Origin: Parcubacteria group bacterium
GTDB lineage: Bacteria > Patescibacteriota > Minisyncoccia > UBA6257 > JACRHW01
Assembly: GCA_016217555.1 (NCBI GenBank)
Contig: JACRHW010000023.1
Coordinates: 466-64,465 of the forward strand
Direction of reading: 5' to 3'
Length of the DNA stretch: 64,000 nt
This document shows, one piece after another, positions 1 through 8,816 of the stretch. Positions within the stretch are counted from its first letter, which is position 1; the number at the start of each line of letters is the position of its first letter. The translations under genes were made by a program, and so were the position numbers. The notes under the pieces are model-generated. The model saw only the letters and a program-made list of their open reading frames with translations, did no database searches and was not told the DNA's origin.

Positions 1-27
1 TTCTCAGTTGGTAAATGACTCTTTAAA

Positions 28-55
28 TTGTACCACAGCCACGATATGGTATACT
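28..55 (+). promoter_or_regulatory. Candidate sigma70-type promoter for the LOG gene (TTGTAC - 16 nt - TATACT)
   Basis: Hexamers read directly at 28-33 and 50-55, about 40 nt upstream of the ATG at 95. Confidence 0.3.
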
Positions 56-94
56 AAAGACTAATTACTAATAAACTAACATACTCACTCACTT

Positions 95-811
95 ATGACT
101 GAAGAACAACGAAAAAAATTAAATGTTCCCGCCTCAGAACTTCCTACCTTTGAAAGTCCTGACGATTTTAGATCATCGCTCCATTGGAAGATATTTCGCA
201 TTATGGCGGAACTTGTTGATGGGTGGCAATTCCTCGCCGATTTTAAAAAAACAGTTACTATCTTTGGTTCCGCGCGCTTCAAAGAGGGAAATGAATGGTA
301 TGAAATGGCACGAAAACTTGGAAAACTTCTCGCTGAAAATGGATATAGTGTGGTGACGGGGGGTGGACCAGGCATTATGGAGGGGGCAAATAGAGGGGCG
401 CATGAAGCAGGGGGTATTTCTATTGGACTCAACATAAAACTCCCTTTCGAACAGCGCATTAATCCTTATGTGAATCGCGATATCTCCTTCCACTATTTCT
501 TCACGAGAAAAACCATGCTCTCCTATGCCGCACAAGCATATGTGTATTGTCCTGGTGGATTTGGCACCTTTGATGAGCTTTTTGAACTTATCACCCTCAT
601 CCAAACAAAAAAAATAGAGGCCCACGTCCCTGTTATCCTGCTCAGTAGGGCATACTGGGAACCCATTGATGCGTTGATACGCACACAACTCCTTGAAAAA
701 TTTGATACTATCGGCGAAAAAGATATGGCAATCTATCAAATCGTAGATACTCCAGAAGAAGCTCTCGAAATCATCAACAAGTCCCCAGAACGCAAAAGCT
801 TTGGATATTAA
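95..811 (+). CDS. LOG family protein (cytokinin riboside 5'-monophosphate phosphoribohydrolase-like, TIGR00730-type)
   Basis: Contains GGGPGIMEG and PGGFGTFDELFE motifs characteristic of the LOG/SLOG Rossmann family. 238 aa. Confidence 0.85.
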   Translation: MTEEQRKKLNVPASELPTFESPDDFRSSLHWKIFRIMAELVDGWQFLADFKKTVTIFGSARFKEGNEWYEMARKLGKLLAENGYSVVTGGGPGIMEGANRGAHEAGGISIGLNIKLPFEQRINPYVNRDISFHYFFTRKTMLSYAAQAYVYCPGGFGTFDELFELITLIQTKKIEAHVPVILLSRAYWEPIDALIRTQLLEKFDTIGEKDMAIYQIVDTPEEALEIINKSPERKSFGY

Positions 812-823
812 TCCCAAGGAACA

Positions 824-1663
824 ATGGACACGCAAAATCAAAAAAAAGATGTAGCCTTTTGGCTCGTTGTGGGAGGTGCTGTTTTTCTTGTTGTCTATTC
901 TGCCCTCTTCAACGTTTGGGGCCAACTAGCAGAATTGTATTACAACTCCTATTATTCACTCGATCTAACAAAAAGTCTTTTCTGGCTCTATGTTATACAA
1001 CCGGAAAGTTCCCCTCTCCCCTTTTTCTTAAGTGGATTTATCACCTGGATGATTACAAGAAAGATCACATCGTGGGCTCCCAAAAAACCAAACGAAACCA
1101 TAGAGCAAAGCGCACAACAACAAGCGCCTCAACCGCCCTTATCCCTCCCAAAAAGCTATATATTACAGATAAAATTTGTCTCATGGTCCATAACTGCCAT
1201 AGCCGCTTTTTACTTTCTTTGGTTATCTAGTTCGCTTTTAATAGGATGGAAAGCTGGAACAGCCAGGCCAGATGAACTTTTCTGGGGATCAATGATGTTG
1301 ATAGCTATCGTAGTTCCCCTTGCATTTCTTGCCTTTTCATTTACATTATTTTCTCTACGTCTTCTCAACAAAAATCCACTAGCCGTACTCGTAGCATATT
1401 TCATTGCATTACTTGTCCTCCTTCCCGCCTCTCTCATGATGTTTAGTGACGCGAGTTTGGGAGGATTTGTTTGGCAACTTTTGTTTTTTCTCATTCCTCC
1501 TTTATTTTTCACTCTATCTCTCATACACACTGTGATAGTAATAAGAACGTTTAATGCAAACGAACCAAAGAAAAACTCCCTTATGACAGTAGCACTTTCT
1601 ACACTCATTGTCGCCGATCTTATCGCATCCATCATCATAAGCGTAAACAGCATAACTCCCTAG
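824..1663 (+). CDS. Hypothetical polytopic membrane protein
   Basis: Long ORF with multiple hydrophobic helices and a Pro/Gln-rich linker. No recognizable motif. Confidence 0.55.
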   Translation: MDTQNQKKDVAFWLVVGGAVFLVVYSALFNVWGQLAELYYNSYYSLDLTKSLFWLYVIQPESSPLPFFLSGFITWMITRKITSWAPKKPNETIEQSAQQQAPQPPLSLPKSYILQIKFVSWSITAIAAFYFLWLSSSLLIGWKAGTARPDELFWGSMMLIAIVVPLAFLAFSFTLFSLRLLNKNPLAVLVAYFIALLVLLPASLMMFSDASLGGFVWQLLFFLIPPLFFTLSLIHTVIVIRTFNANEPKKNSLMTVALSTLIVADLIASIIISVNSITP

Positions 1664-1679
1664 AGGTGACAGCAAGGAT

Positions 1680-2072
1680 TTACCACAAAGAAAACACGGA
1701 GCCATACAACACCGTGTTTTTTATACGCCCAAGAAAAAAAGATGAGGCGTTACATACCAACGAAACACTTAGTGCCCTCTTCCAAGAAAGTCCTAATATA
1801 TATTTATAAAATACTGCCTCTACCAATACTGCAAAAAATTCAGAGAGAATAAGTGCCTTTCTCCACGAATCGTAGAATACTACAGGAAAAACATACCAAA
1901 CATAAGGAATCGTTGCGAATGTTGCAAAAAACCCGACAAGCACAAGACGCCCGAAAGAAGCCCCCTCTTTTTTAATTCGAAATACGCCTCGAACAATCCA
2001 TAGCAGAATAATTGTTTCAATAACAATAGAAAAACCGAGTGCAGAAAAAAAATGCCTAGCGTACGTTAACAT
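1680..2072 (-). CDS. Hypothetical small membrane protein
   Basis: 130-aa ORF with 3-4 predicted TM helices. Its start overlaps the stop of the next gene. Confidence 0.4.
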   Translation of the reverse strand: MLTYARHFFSALGFSIVIETIILLWIVRGVFRIKKEGASFGRLVLVGFFATFATIPYVWYVFPVVFYDSWRKALILSEFFAVLVEAVFYKYILGLSWKRALSVSLVCNASSFFLGRIKNTVLYGSVFSLW

Positions 2073-2965
2073 GTTCTACCAAACAAACCCTTCACGAAAC
2101 ACCATACACGTGCCCACCAAGATTTTTGAACAGCTGAAGGTGCCTGTTTCACCTCTGTACTTGAGGCCTGTTGCTGTGATTGTACAACCTGTTGTACTGG
2201 AAAATCTGTTTCTTTTTTTGATCCATCATCGAGTGTAATGATCTCTTTTGTTTTGTTGAGTATAAGTTTACCGTCAGTAGCGCGAGTAACTACATATGTT
2301 AATTCTCTATTTTTAAGTGAGCTCGGAAGCGGAACCGTAAAATTACCATCGTCTGCAGTGACAACAATATGCCTATCGTCGTCCGCAAATCTTAGAAAAC
2401 CATCATTTGGATTTCGAAAAGCAGAAAAAAGATTCTCCATTTCTTTAAGACCTGTCTGGTATCGAGCAGTTACACTAAACTCCTTACCGTCTGGATATAA
2501 ACTATCTCTAGATCCATAAACAGGAGTCCCAAAACCATTATTCTCACTATAGGGATGGTAAATTGTCTTGCTATTAAAATACTTTAAAAAATCATTTTTG
2601 TGTATAGCCACCAGCCCTGTCATTTTCAATGGAATTACGCCACCACTACTGTCAAATTGACCAAACTCCGCACTATTTGTGATTGGTGCATATGTTTCCC
2701 CGACTGGATCCCTATCATATTCAACCCAATTTCCAAGGAGAATAAGTTCGCCTTTTAAATCGTCTGATAATAAAACCCTGATAGTTGTACCCACCTCTTT
2801 ACATGTTGGATTTTCATACTTCTGCAGATCATAATTATACTCACCCAAACAAGCCGGAGCAGGGGGACCTTTTGGTCCATCATCTGCTTTTACCAGCGCT
2901 GTTGACACAACTAACGCAGATATCGCAACGAAAATTCCCACAATGATACTATTTTGTTTTTGCAT
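2066..2965 (-). CDS. Hypothetical secreted protein (N-terminal signal peptide / membrane anchor)
   Basis: N-terminal hydrophobic segment (IIVGIFVAISALVVSTALVKA) followed by a hydrophilic domain with two Cys near the N-terminus. No known motif recognized. Confidence 0.55.
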   Translation of the reverse strand: MQKQNSIIVGIFVAISALVVSTALVKADDGPKGPPAPACLGEYNYDLQKYENPTCKEVGTTIRVLLSDDLKGELILLGNWVEYDRDPVGETYAPITNSAEFGQFDSSGGVIPLKMTGLVAIHKNDFLKYFNSKTIYHPYSENNGFGTPVYGSRDSLYPDGKEFSVTARYQTGLKEMENLFSAFRNPNDGFLRFADDDRHIVVTADDGNFTVPLPSSLKNRELTYVVTRATDGKLILNKTKEIITLDDGSKKETDFPVQQVVQSQQQASSTEVKQAPSAVQKSWWARVWCFVKGLFGRTC

Positions 2966-3023
2966 ATTTTTAAAAATTAATTACTTAGTTATTTTACCAT
3001 CAATACCCCAGAACACAAAAGTA

Positions 3024-3052
3024 TTGATAAATCCGTAAAAACATCGTACAAT
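3024..3052 (+). promoter_or_regulatory. Strong sigma70-type promoter candidate for hppA (TTGATA - 17 nt - TACAAT)
   Basis: Near-consensus -35 and -10 hexamers with 17-nt spacing. The predicted TSS (~3059) makes the downstream palindromic element a 5' leader of hppA. Confidence 0.5.
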
Positions 3053-3084
3053 CGTAACATTATTACTTAACGTACTTTGAATTA

Positions 3085-3229
3085 CGAAATGTATATTTCT
3101 CACACGTTCGCCACTCCAGCGAATGGCTCACTCTTCCGCAAATGCTTCGTTGTCAATCCAGCTCGCTCCAACTCGGGATTGACAACACCCAGCTTCGCAT
3201 TCGCGGAATGGTTCGAAACACACATTTCG
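3085..3229. ncRNA. Copy 1 of a ~135-145-nt conserved long-hairpin (imperfect palindrome) element in the hppA 5' region
   Basis: Three nested stems: outer (3085-3099/3215-3229), middle (CCGCAAATGC/GCATTCGCGG) and inner (TTGTCAATCC 3150-3159 / GGATTGACAA 3176-3185) around a 16-nt loop. A small side hairpin (GCCA...TGGC) sits in the left arm. A second copy at 51015-51147 keeps all stems by different or compensatory sequence. Confidence 0.6.
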
Positions 3230-3258
3230 TAATTCAAAATAATCTAACAACAATTTTT

Positions 3259-5247
3259 ATGATGAACTACGTCCCAATCGTTGTTTCGATAGTAGGTATT
3301 CTCTATAGTGCCTATCTCATTCGATCGGTCATGTCGCTCTCTGCAGGTGACAAAAAAATGCAGGATATCTCAAAGGCAATCCAGGAGGGATCCCAAGCCT
3401 ACCTCAATCGACAAAACAAAACCGTCGCTGTCGTTGCGGTTATTATTATTGCCGTCCTCTGGTTTACACTCGGTAAACTTACCGCGCTTGGTTTCCTTGT
3501 TGGTGCCTTCTTGTCTGGACTTGCTGGATACCTTGGCATGAATGTTGCCGTACGAGCAAATGCCCGCACGACAGAAGCTGCCAAGAAAGGTATGGAACAT
3601 GCACTCGAGGTAGCATTTCGAGGTGGCGCCGTAACAGGAATTCTCGTTGTCTCTCTCGGACTTCTTGCGGTAAGTGGCTACTACACACTCACTAAAGATA
3701 TTTCTAGCCTTATTGGTCTCGCTTTTGGTGCAAGCCTTATCTCTGTCTTTGCGCGTCTTGGGGGTGGTATTTATACAAAAAGTGCTGATGTGGGCGCAGA
3801 CCTTGTGGGAAAAGTAGAAACAGATCTTCCGGAGGATAGTCCACGCAACCCAGCTGTCATTGCAGACCTCGTGGGTGATAACGTGGGAGACTGCGCAGGT
3901 ATGGCAGCAGACCTTTTTGAAACCTATACCGTTACCATCATTGCAGCGATGCTTCTTACCAATCTCCTTTTTCCAGGAAATCTCTCCCTCCTTACGCTCC
4001 CCTTTAATATTGGTGCATTAGCCATTATCGCCTCCATTCTTGGTCTTTATTTTGTACGTCTCGATAAATCGAAAGACATCATGCGAGCCCTCTATAAAGG
4101 ACTTTTCTCAAGTGCAATCCTCGCAGCTCTCTTTTTTGGAGGATTCATAAAATATTTCCTTGTTGACAGTGGTACGTTATCACATCGCAATATTTTCCTC
4201 TCACTCCTTATTGGTCTTGTCGTAACTGCTATCACGGTTTTGATTACTGATTACTACACGGCGAAAAAATATAAACCCGTACAAGATGTTGCAGAAGCAG
4301 CAAACTCAGGTCATGGCACAAACGTCATCATGGGTCTCGCAGTGGGGCTTGAAGCAACCGTACTTCCTGTGTTTGTTATCGTAGGAGCCATGCTTACCGC
4401 ATTTCATCTTGCAGGGCTCTATGGCGTAGCACTCGCTGGCCTTGGCATGCTCTCCTTAACTGGTATTGTAGTAGCCATCGACTCATTTGGTCCTATCACC
4501 GACAACGCTGGTGGTATCGCAGAGATGACCGAACAATCCGAACACGTGAGAAAAATTACTGACGCCTTAGACTCTGTAGGGAACACAACAAAAGCCGTTA
4601 CAAAAGGATATGCTATCGCCTCAGCTGGTCTTGCTGCGATCGTTCTCTTCTCATCATATATTCAAGAATTTACAGCAACAGGACGAAAAATTGAACTTAT
4701 TCTTCAGGATCCATGGGTTCTTGCCGGTATCCTCATTGGTGCCTCTATTCCTTATCTCTTTGCCTCCATTGCTATGCGCGCGGTAAGTACTACCGCACAA
4801 GCAGTTGTACAAGAAGTACGTACACAACTCAAAGAACATCCTGGCATCTTAAATGGTAGTGCACTCCCTAACTATGCAAGAACAGTGGATATCGTAACGA
4901 AAGCAGCACTTAAAGAAATGACGGTTCCAGCACTTATCCCTGTCGTAGGTGTTGTAGCAATCGGTCTTGTTCTTGGAGCAAAAGCAGTAGGAGGACTTCT
5001 TATTGGTTCTATCGTAACGGGTATCTTTCTTGCCCTCTCAATGACGACGGGTGGCGCCGCATGGGACAATGCAAAAAAACACATTGAAGACGGCAATCAT
5101 GGTGGTAAAAAATCACAGGCTCATCGCGCAGCAGTAACAGGAGATACTGTTGGGGACGTCTACAAAGACACTGCAGGTCCCGCCATTAACCCAATGATCA
5201 AAGTAGTAAATATAGTGGCACTCCTCATGGTAAGATTTTTAAGGTAA
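3259..5247 (+). CDS. hppA: K+-insensitive/V-type H+-translocating pyrophosphatase
   Basis: About 16 TM helices. Carries the GGG(I)YTKSADVGADLVGKVE and DNVGDCAGMAADLFE signature motifs of membrane pyrophosphatases. The ORF track starts at 3142 inside the palindromic element, so the start at MMNYVP (3259) was chosen; the exact start is uncertain. Confidence 0.9.
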   Translation: MMNYVPIVVSIVGILYSAYLIRSVMSLSAGDKKMQDISKAIQEGSQAYLNRQNKTVAVVAVIIIAVLWFTLGKLTALGFLVGAFLSGLAGYLGMNVAVRANARTTEAAKKGMEHALEVAFRGGAVTGILVVSLGLLAVSGYYTLTKDISSLIGLAFGASLISVFARLGGGIYTKSADVGADLVGKVETDLPEDSPRNPAVIADLVGDNVGDCAGMAADLFETYTVTIIAAMLLTNLLFPGNLSLLTLPFNIGALAIIASILGLYFVRLDKSKDIMRALYKGLFSSAILAALFFGGFIKYFLVDSGTLSHRNIFLSLLIGLVVTAITVLITDYYTAKKYKPVQDVAEAANSGHGTNVIMGLAVGLEATVLPVFVIVGAMLTAFHLAGLYGVALAGLGMLSLTGIVVAIDSFGPITDNAGGIAEMTEQSEHVRKITDALDSVGNTTKAVTKGYAIASAGLAAIVLFSSYIQEFTATGRKIELILQDPWVLAGILIGASIPYLFASIAMRAVSTTAQAVVQEVRTQLKEHPGILNGSALPNYARTVDIVTKAALKEMTVPALIPVVGVVAIGLVLGAKAVGGLLIGSIVTGIFLALSMTTGGAAWDNAKKHIEDGNHGGKKSQAHRAAVTGDTVGDVYKDTAGPAINPMIKVVNIVALLMVRFLR

Positions 5248-5264
5248 CTTTCTAAGACATAGTA

Positions 5265-5300
5265 CCCCAAAAACCCTCGAGAGATCCTTGGGGGTTTTTG
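5265..5300 (+). terminator. Rho-independent terminator after hppA
   Basis: CCCCAAAAACCC / GGGGGTTTTTG hairpin with a T-run. Confidence 0.6.
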
Positions 5301-5359
5301 ATTATTATGTATATTCTTGCTACGCTACACGTAGTTCATTTACAACAAGGAGGTATTCC

Positions 5360-5671
5360 ATGAAAGTTAGGTTCTTTATTCACCTCAAACGCAAAGAATA
5401 TGCAAAACGTGTAAAAAAAGAATTAAAAAAACTGATGGGAGGGAAAGTCGTCGTGTATCTGGATCAAAATTGTATACACCAGGTTGGAGAAACAGATCAA
5501 CACACTTATGAAGCAACTTTTGGGGTTACCATTGAATTACGAACTGCGACAAACAAAGAAGCAGATGGTGTAAAATACTGGAGAGTAACATCATACCCAG
5601 AACTACCACCCGAATTAAAAAATCTTGCTGATTTTGTTGAAATAGATCGACCTCTCGCCGTAACTCTATAA
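5360..5671 (+). CDS. Hypothetical small basic protein
   Basis: ORF with a good SD (AAGGAGG, 7 nt before the ATG at 5360). The track's longer version from 5288 lacks an SD. No motif recognized. Confidence 0.5.
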   Translation: MKVRFFIHLKRKEYAKRVKKELKKLMGGKVVVYLDQNCIHQVGETDQHTYEATFGVTIELRTATNKEADGVKYWRVTSYPELPPELKNLADFVEIDRPLAVTL

Positions 5672-5674
5672 ACA

Positions 5675-5702
5675 CAAAACCCGAATACCCTCGGGTCTTT
5701 TT
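5675..5702. terminator. Bidirectional Rho-independent terminator between convergent genes
   Basis: ACCCGA-ATACCC-TCGGGT stem flanked by an A-run upstream and a T-run downstream. Confidence 0.55.
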
Positions 5703-5741
5703 ATTTCTAGGATGTACACATTCGGATGCAGTACGCCCTCT

Positions 5742-6647
5742 TTATCTCCCCATTTCCCTTAAGGCCCTAATCCTCTCTTCGATAGGTGGGTGCGTCATAA
5801 AAAGCGTATGAAGCCATGGCGTCTTCTTCTGACCTTCGAAGGGATCGCTTAACCACAAATGCGCGGTCGTACTATTTGCAGTAGGCATAGGAATAGCACT
5901 CGCCGCGATCTTCTCTAGTGCACTCGCCAAACCCTCAGGATAACGGGTAAGAAGCACTCCCGAGGCGTCTGCGAGCGACTCACGCTTCCTTGAAATAGCG
6001 AGTTGCATAAGCGTAACTGCTATGGGAGCGAGAATAGACAGAGCAATACCTATGATAATAAAAATGCCATTATTCCCACCGTTATCATCGTCTCTCTCAC
6101 GCAATCCACCCCACATCCATGAACGTAAAAACCAATCTGCAAGAAGAGATATAAATCCTGTCAAAACCACAGCGACAGTCGAAACAAGCATGTCTCTATT
6201 TCCTACATGAGAAAGTTCGTGTGCAAGCACCCCCTCAAGCTCGGTGCGATTCATGATCCGCAAAAGACCCTGTGTTACTGCAACCACAGCGTGCTGTGGA
6301 TCACGACCCGTTGCAAAAGCATTGGGCTGATCTTCAGGAATAATATAAATCTTAGGTGTTGGTAACCCTGCGGTAATCGAAAGATTTTCGACAATACGAT
6401 ACAGCTCTGGAGCATCTTCAAAAGAAACAGATTGGGCACCCGCCATACTAAGGACAATTGAATCAGAAAACCAGTAGCTAATGATACTCATAAAAGAGCT
6501 AAAGAAAACAGCTACATACAAAATATTGGAATTTCCATAAGCCCTCGAGAAAACAAACCCAACCCCAATCACCACCACAAAAAACACGGTGAACATCAGC
6601 CATGTTTTTCGAATATTCGCTCCTTTGTATGTATAAATATTTGCCAT
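5742..6647 (-). CDS. htpX: Zinc metalloprotease HtpX (peptidase M48)
   Basis: HELSHVGNRD (HExxH) zinc site, N-terminal TM helices, and M48-like overall similarity. Confidence 0.85.
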   Translation of the reverse strand: MANIYTYKGANIRKTWLMFTVFFVVVIGVGFVFSRAYGNSNILYVAVFFSSFMSIISYWFSDSIVLSMAGAQSVSFEDAPELYRIVENLSITAGLPTPKIYIIPEDQPNAFATGRDPQHAVVAVTQGLLRIMNRTELEGVLAHELSHVGNRDMLVSTVAVVLTGFISLLADWFLRSWMWGGLRERDDDNGGNNGIFIIIGIALSILAPIAVTLMQLAISRKRESLADASGVLLTRYPEGLASALEKIAASAIPMPTANSTTAHLWLSDPFEGQKKTPWLHTLFMTHPPIEERIRALREMGR

Positions 6648-7202
6648 CTAAAACTTCACGGCAACAGGCTCTTTCGCAGCTTCATCGTTGAGTTCAAAGA
6701 ACTCGCGCTTTGTGAAACCAAGTGGTCCCGCAATAACATTGGAAGGAAATTTCTCTATTTGAATATTAAAGTCACGTACGTTTCCGTTATAAAACCTGCG
6801 TGCTGCCTGAATCTTATTTTCGGTATCAGCAAGCTCATCCTGTAGTTTAGTAAACCCCTCAACAGCCCTTAGTTCTGGGTACGCCTCAGCGATAGCAAAG
6901 ACACTCTTTAGTGCCGAAGTCATCATGTTTTCAGCAGCAGCCTTTTCCTGTACTGATTGTGCACCAAGAGCCTGTACTCGGGCCCTACTTACATTTTCAA
7001 ACGCCTCGCGCTCGTGAGTGGCGTATCCTTTTACTGTCTCAACAAGATTAGGAATAAGGTCATAGCGACGCTTTAGCTGCACATCAATATCTGCCCACGC
7101 CTCATTTGTCTGATTTTTCCCCCCCACCAAACCGTTATAAATAAGAATAGCCCAGAGAGCAACTACACCAAGTACTACATAAAAAATATACAATGAATTC
7201 AT
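6648..7202 (-). CDS. lemA: LemA family protein
   Basis: N-terminal TM helix plus the conserved core YNxLV...AWADIDVQLKRRYDLIPNLVETVKGYA..HE. The lemA-htpX pairing is typical. Confidence 0.85.
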   Translation of the reverse strand: MNSLYIFYVVLGVVALWAILIYNGLVGGKNQTNEAWADIDVQLKRRYDLIPNLVETVKGYATHEREAFENVSRARVQALGAQSVQEKAAAENMMTSALKSVFAIAEAYPELRAVEGFTKLQDELADTENKIQAARRFYNGNVRDFNIQIEKFPSNVIAGPLGFTKREFFELNDEAAKEPVAVKF

Positions 7203-7365
7203 ATTTTTTTAACTTATTAATATACAGAAAGAGTACCACAAAAGAACTCCTTTCAAAAGAGCCTTTGGTAAAACAAGAACGAATTACCGATTTCGCAAAC
7301 CGACAGTCTTCCCTGCCTTCTTTGCGTGCTTTTTCTTTGCAATCTTTTTCTTTTTATACATACTG

Positions 7366-7437
7366 TGGTCCCAACGGGAATCGGACCCGTATTTACGCAT
7401 TGAAAGCGCGCTGTCCTAACCATTAGACGATGGGACC
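7366..7437 (-). tRNA. tRNA-Glu (anticodon UUC)
   Basis: Hand-folded cloverleaf: 7-bp acceptor GGTCCCA/TGGGACC, D and T arms (T-loop TCCGATT), anticodon loop CTTTCAA. No encoded CCA. Confidence 0.8.
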
Positions 7438-7683
7438 TTATTCTTTATAATCTTATTTTTTTACCACACGACATGCTTTTTTTCAACCTAAGATATAAAC
7501 ACTAACAAAAAACTAAGTTGTTGCAGAATTAATTTCTCTAAAACTTTACGTGAAGAATTGTCATGGTTAGCACAATTGGTAACCAATAAAGATCAAATCA
7601 CAAAACTTAAAAACGTCAAATATCCCATGCTTCACCATTTGATTCTTTATGCAAATCTATGGTACAAAAGGAACAATCAAAAA

Positions 7684-7773
7684 GGAGGAGTGGCCGAGTG
7701 GTTTAAGGCGACAGTCTTGAAAACTGTTATACCCGAAAGGGTATCGTGAGTTCGAATCTCACCTCCTCCGCCA
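7684..7773 (+). tRNA. tRNA-Ser (anticodon UGA), class II with long variable arm, CCA encoded
   Basis: Acceptor GGAGGAG/CTCCTCC, 3-bp D stem, anticodon stem ACAGT/ACTGT with loop CTTGAAA, variable-arm hairpin TACCC-GAAA-GGGTA, T-loop TTCGAAT, 3' GCCA. Confidence 0.8.
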
Positions 7774-7776
7774 ATA

Positions 7777-7808
7777 AAAATACCACTTTTGAGAAGTGGT
7801 ATTTTTTT
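7777..7808 (+). terminator. Rho-independent terminator after tRNA-Ser
   Basis: AATACCACTT / AAGTGGTATT hairpin followed by a T-run. Confidence 0.6.
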
Positions 7809-7838
7809 ATATTTTGGGTATGCTAAAAATACTATTTT

Positions 7839-8816
7839 ATGCAACACGGATTTTGGGAAAAATTAAAGAAACCGATCATGGCAATAGCACCGATGGCGAA
7901 TGTAACCGATGCCACTTTTCGACAGATATTTGTAGAATGCGGGAGACCAGATGTCTTTTGGACTGAATTCGTCTCTGTCGAGGGACTTCTCTCTCGTGGC
8001 AAGGACCAGCTCCTTATTGATTTTTGGTACACCGAAGCAGAACACCCTATCGTAGCTCAAATTTTCGGAGCAAAACCTGAGCAGTTCGAAAAAGTAGCAG
8101 CAATGATATATGAGCTTGGTTTCGACGGCATCGATATTAACATGGGATGCCCCGACCGTGGCGTCGAAAAACAAGGAGCTGGTGCAGCACTTATAAAAAA
8201 CCCTAAGCTTGCAAAAGAAATTATCAGAGCGACACATCGTGGTGCCCAAGGACTCCCCATCTCCATAAAAACACGTATTGGGTATTCTAAAAACCAGATT
8301 GAAGAGTGGGTCCCCGCTCTCCTTGAGGAAAATATCGCGGCACTCACTGTTCACCTACGCACACGAAACGAAATGTCAGATGTTCCCGCACACTGGGAGT
8401 TTGCTCACGACACAGTAACCCTAAGAAATCGCCTTGCACCCGAAACACTCCTTCTTGGTAATGGTGATCTCTACACATTAGAAGAAGCACATAAAAAGAT
8501 AAAAGAATCGGGAATGGATGGTGCAATGATTGGGCGCGGGATCTTTGGAAACCCATGGTTCTTCTCGGGGTATGTTCCAACAACAAAAGAACGTCTCGTA
8601 CGCATGGTAGAACACACCGAACTTTTTGAAAAACTATTCAAAAGCGATCACGGAAAAAAAGACGGAGGTGTAAAAAACTTTGACATCATGAAAAAACATT
8701 TTAAAGCGTATGTAACAGATTTTGATGATGCAAAAGAACTCCGCATACTCCTTATGAAAACAAAAAACGCATCAGAAGTAAGAAAAATTATAAAGCAATT
8801 TATTGCAACAATATGA
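7839..8816 (+). CDS. dus: tRNA-dihydrouridine synthase (Dus family, TIM barrel)
   Basis: MAIAPMANVTDATFRQI at the N-terminus, DINMGCP catalytic Cys motif, and FMN-barrel pattern. Confidence 0.8.
   Translation: MQHGFWEKLKKPIMAIAPMANVTDATFRQIFVECGRPDVFWTEFVSVEGLLSRGKDQLLIDFWYTEAEHPIVAQIFGAKPEQFEKVAAMIYELGFDGIDINMGCPDRGVEKQGAGAALIKNPKLAKEIIRATHRGAQGLPISIKTRIGYSKNQIEEWVPALLEENIAALTVHLRTRNEMSDVPAHWEFAHDTVTLRNRLAPETLLLGNGDLYTLEEAHKKIKESGMDGAMIGRGIFGNPWFFSGYVPTTKERLVRMVEHTELFEKLFKSDHGKKDGGVKNFDIMKKHFKAYVTDFDDAKELRILLMKTKNASEVRKIIKQFIATI

Noticed and set aside
3176-3204. TTGACA hexamer inside the element's inner stem as a promoter -35 box
   Set aside because: No acceptable -10 hexamer is 16-18 nt downstream in either copy. 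The TTGACA is explained as part of the conserved stem.
3142-3258. N-terminal extension of hppA from the track's ATG at 3142 (MLRCQSSSLQLGIDNTQLRIRGMVRNTHF…)
   Set aside because: The extension is encoded by the palindromic structured element itself and is duplicated non-coding at 51015-51147. H+-PPases begin near MMNYVP…, so the start at 3259 is preferred.
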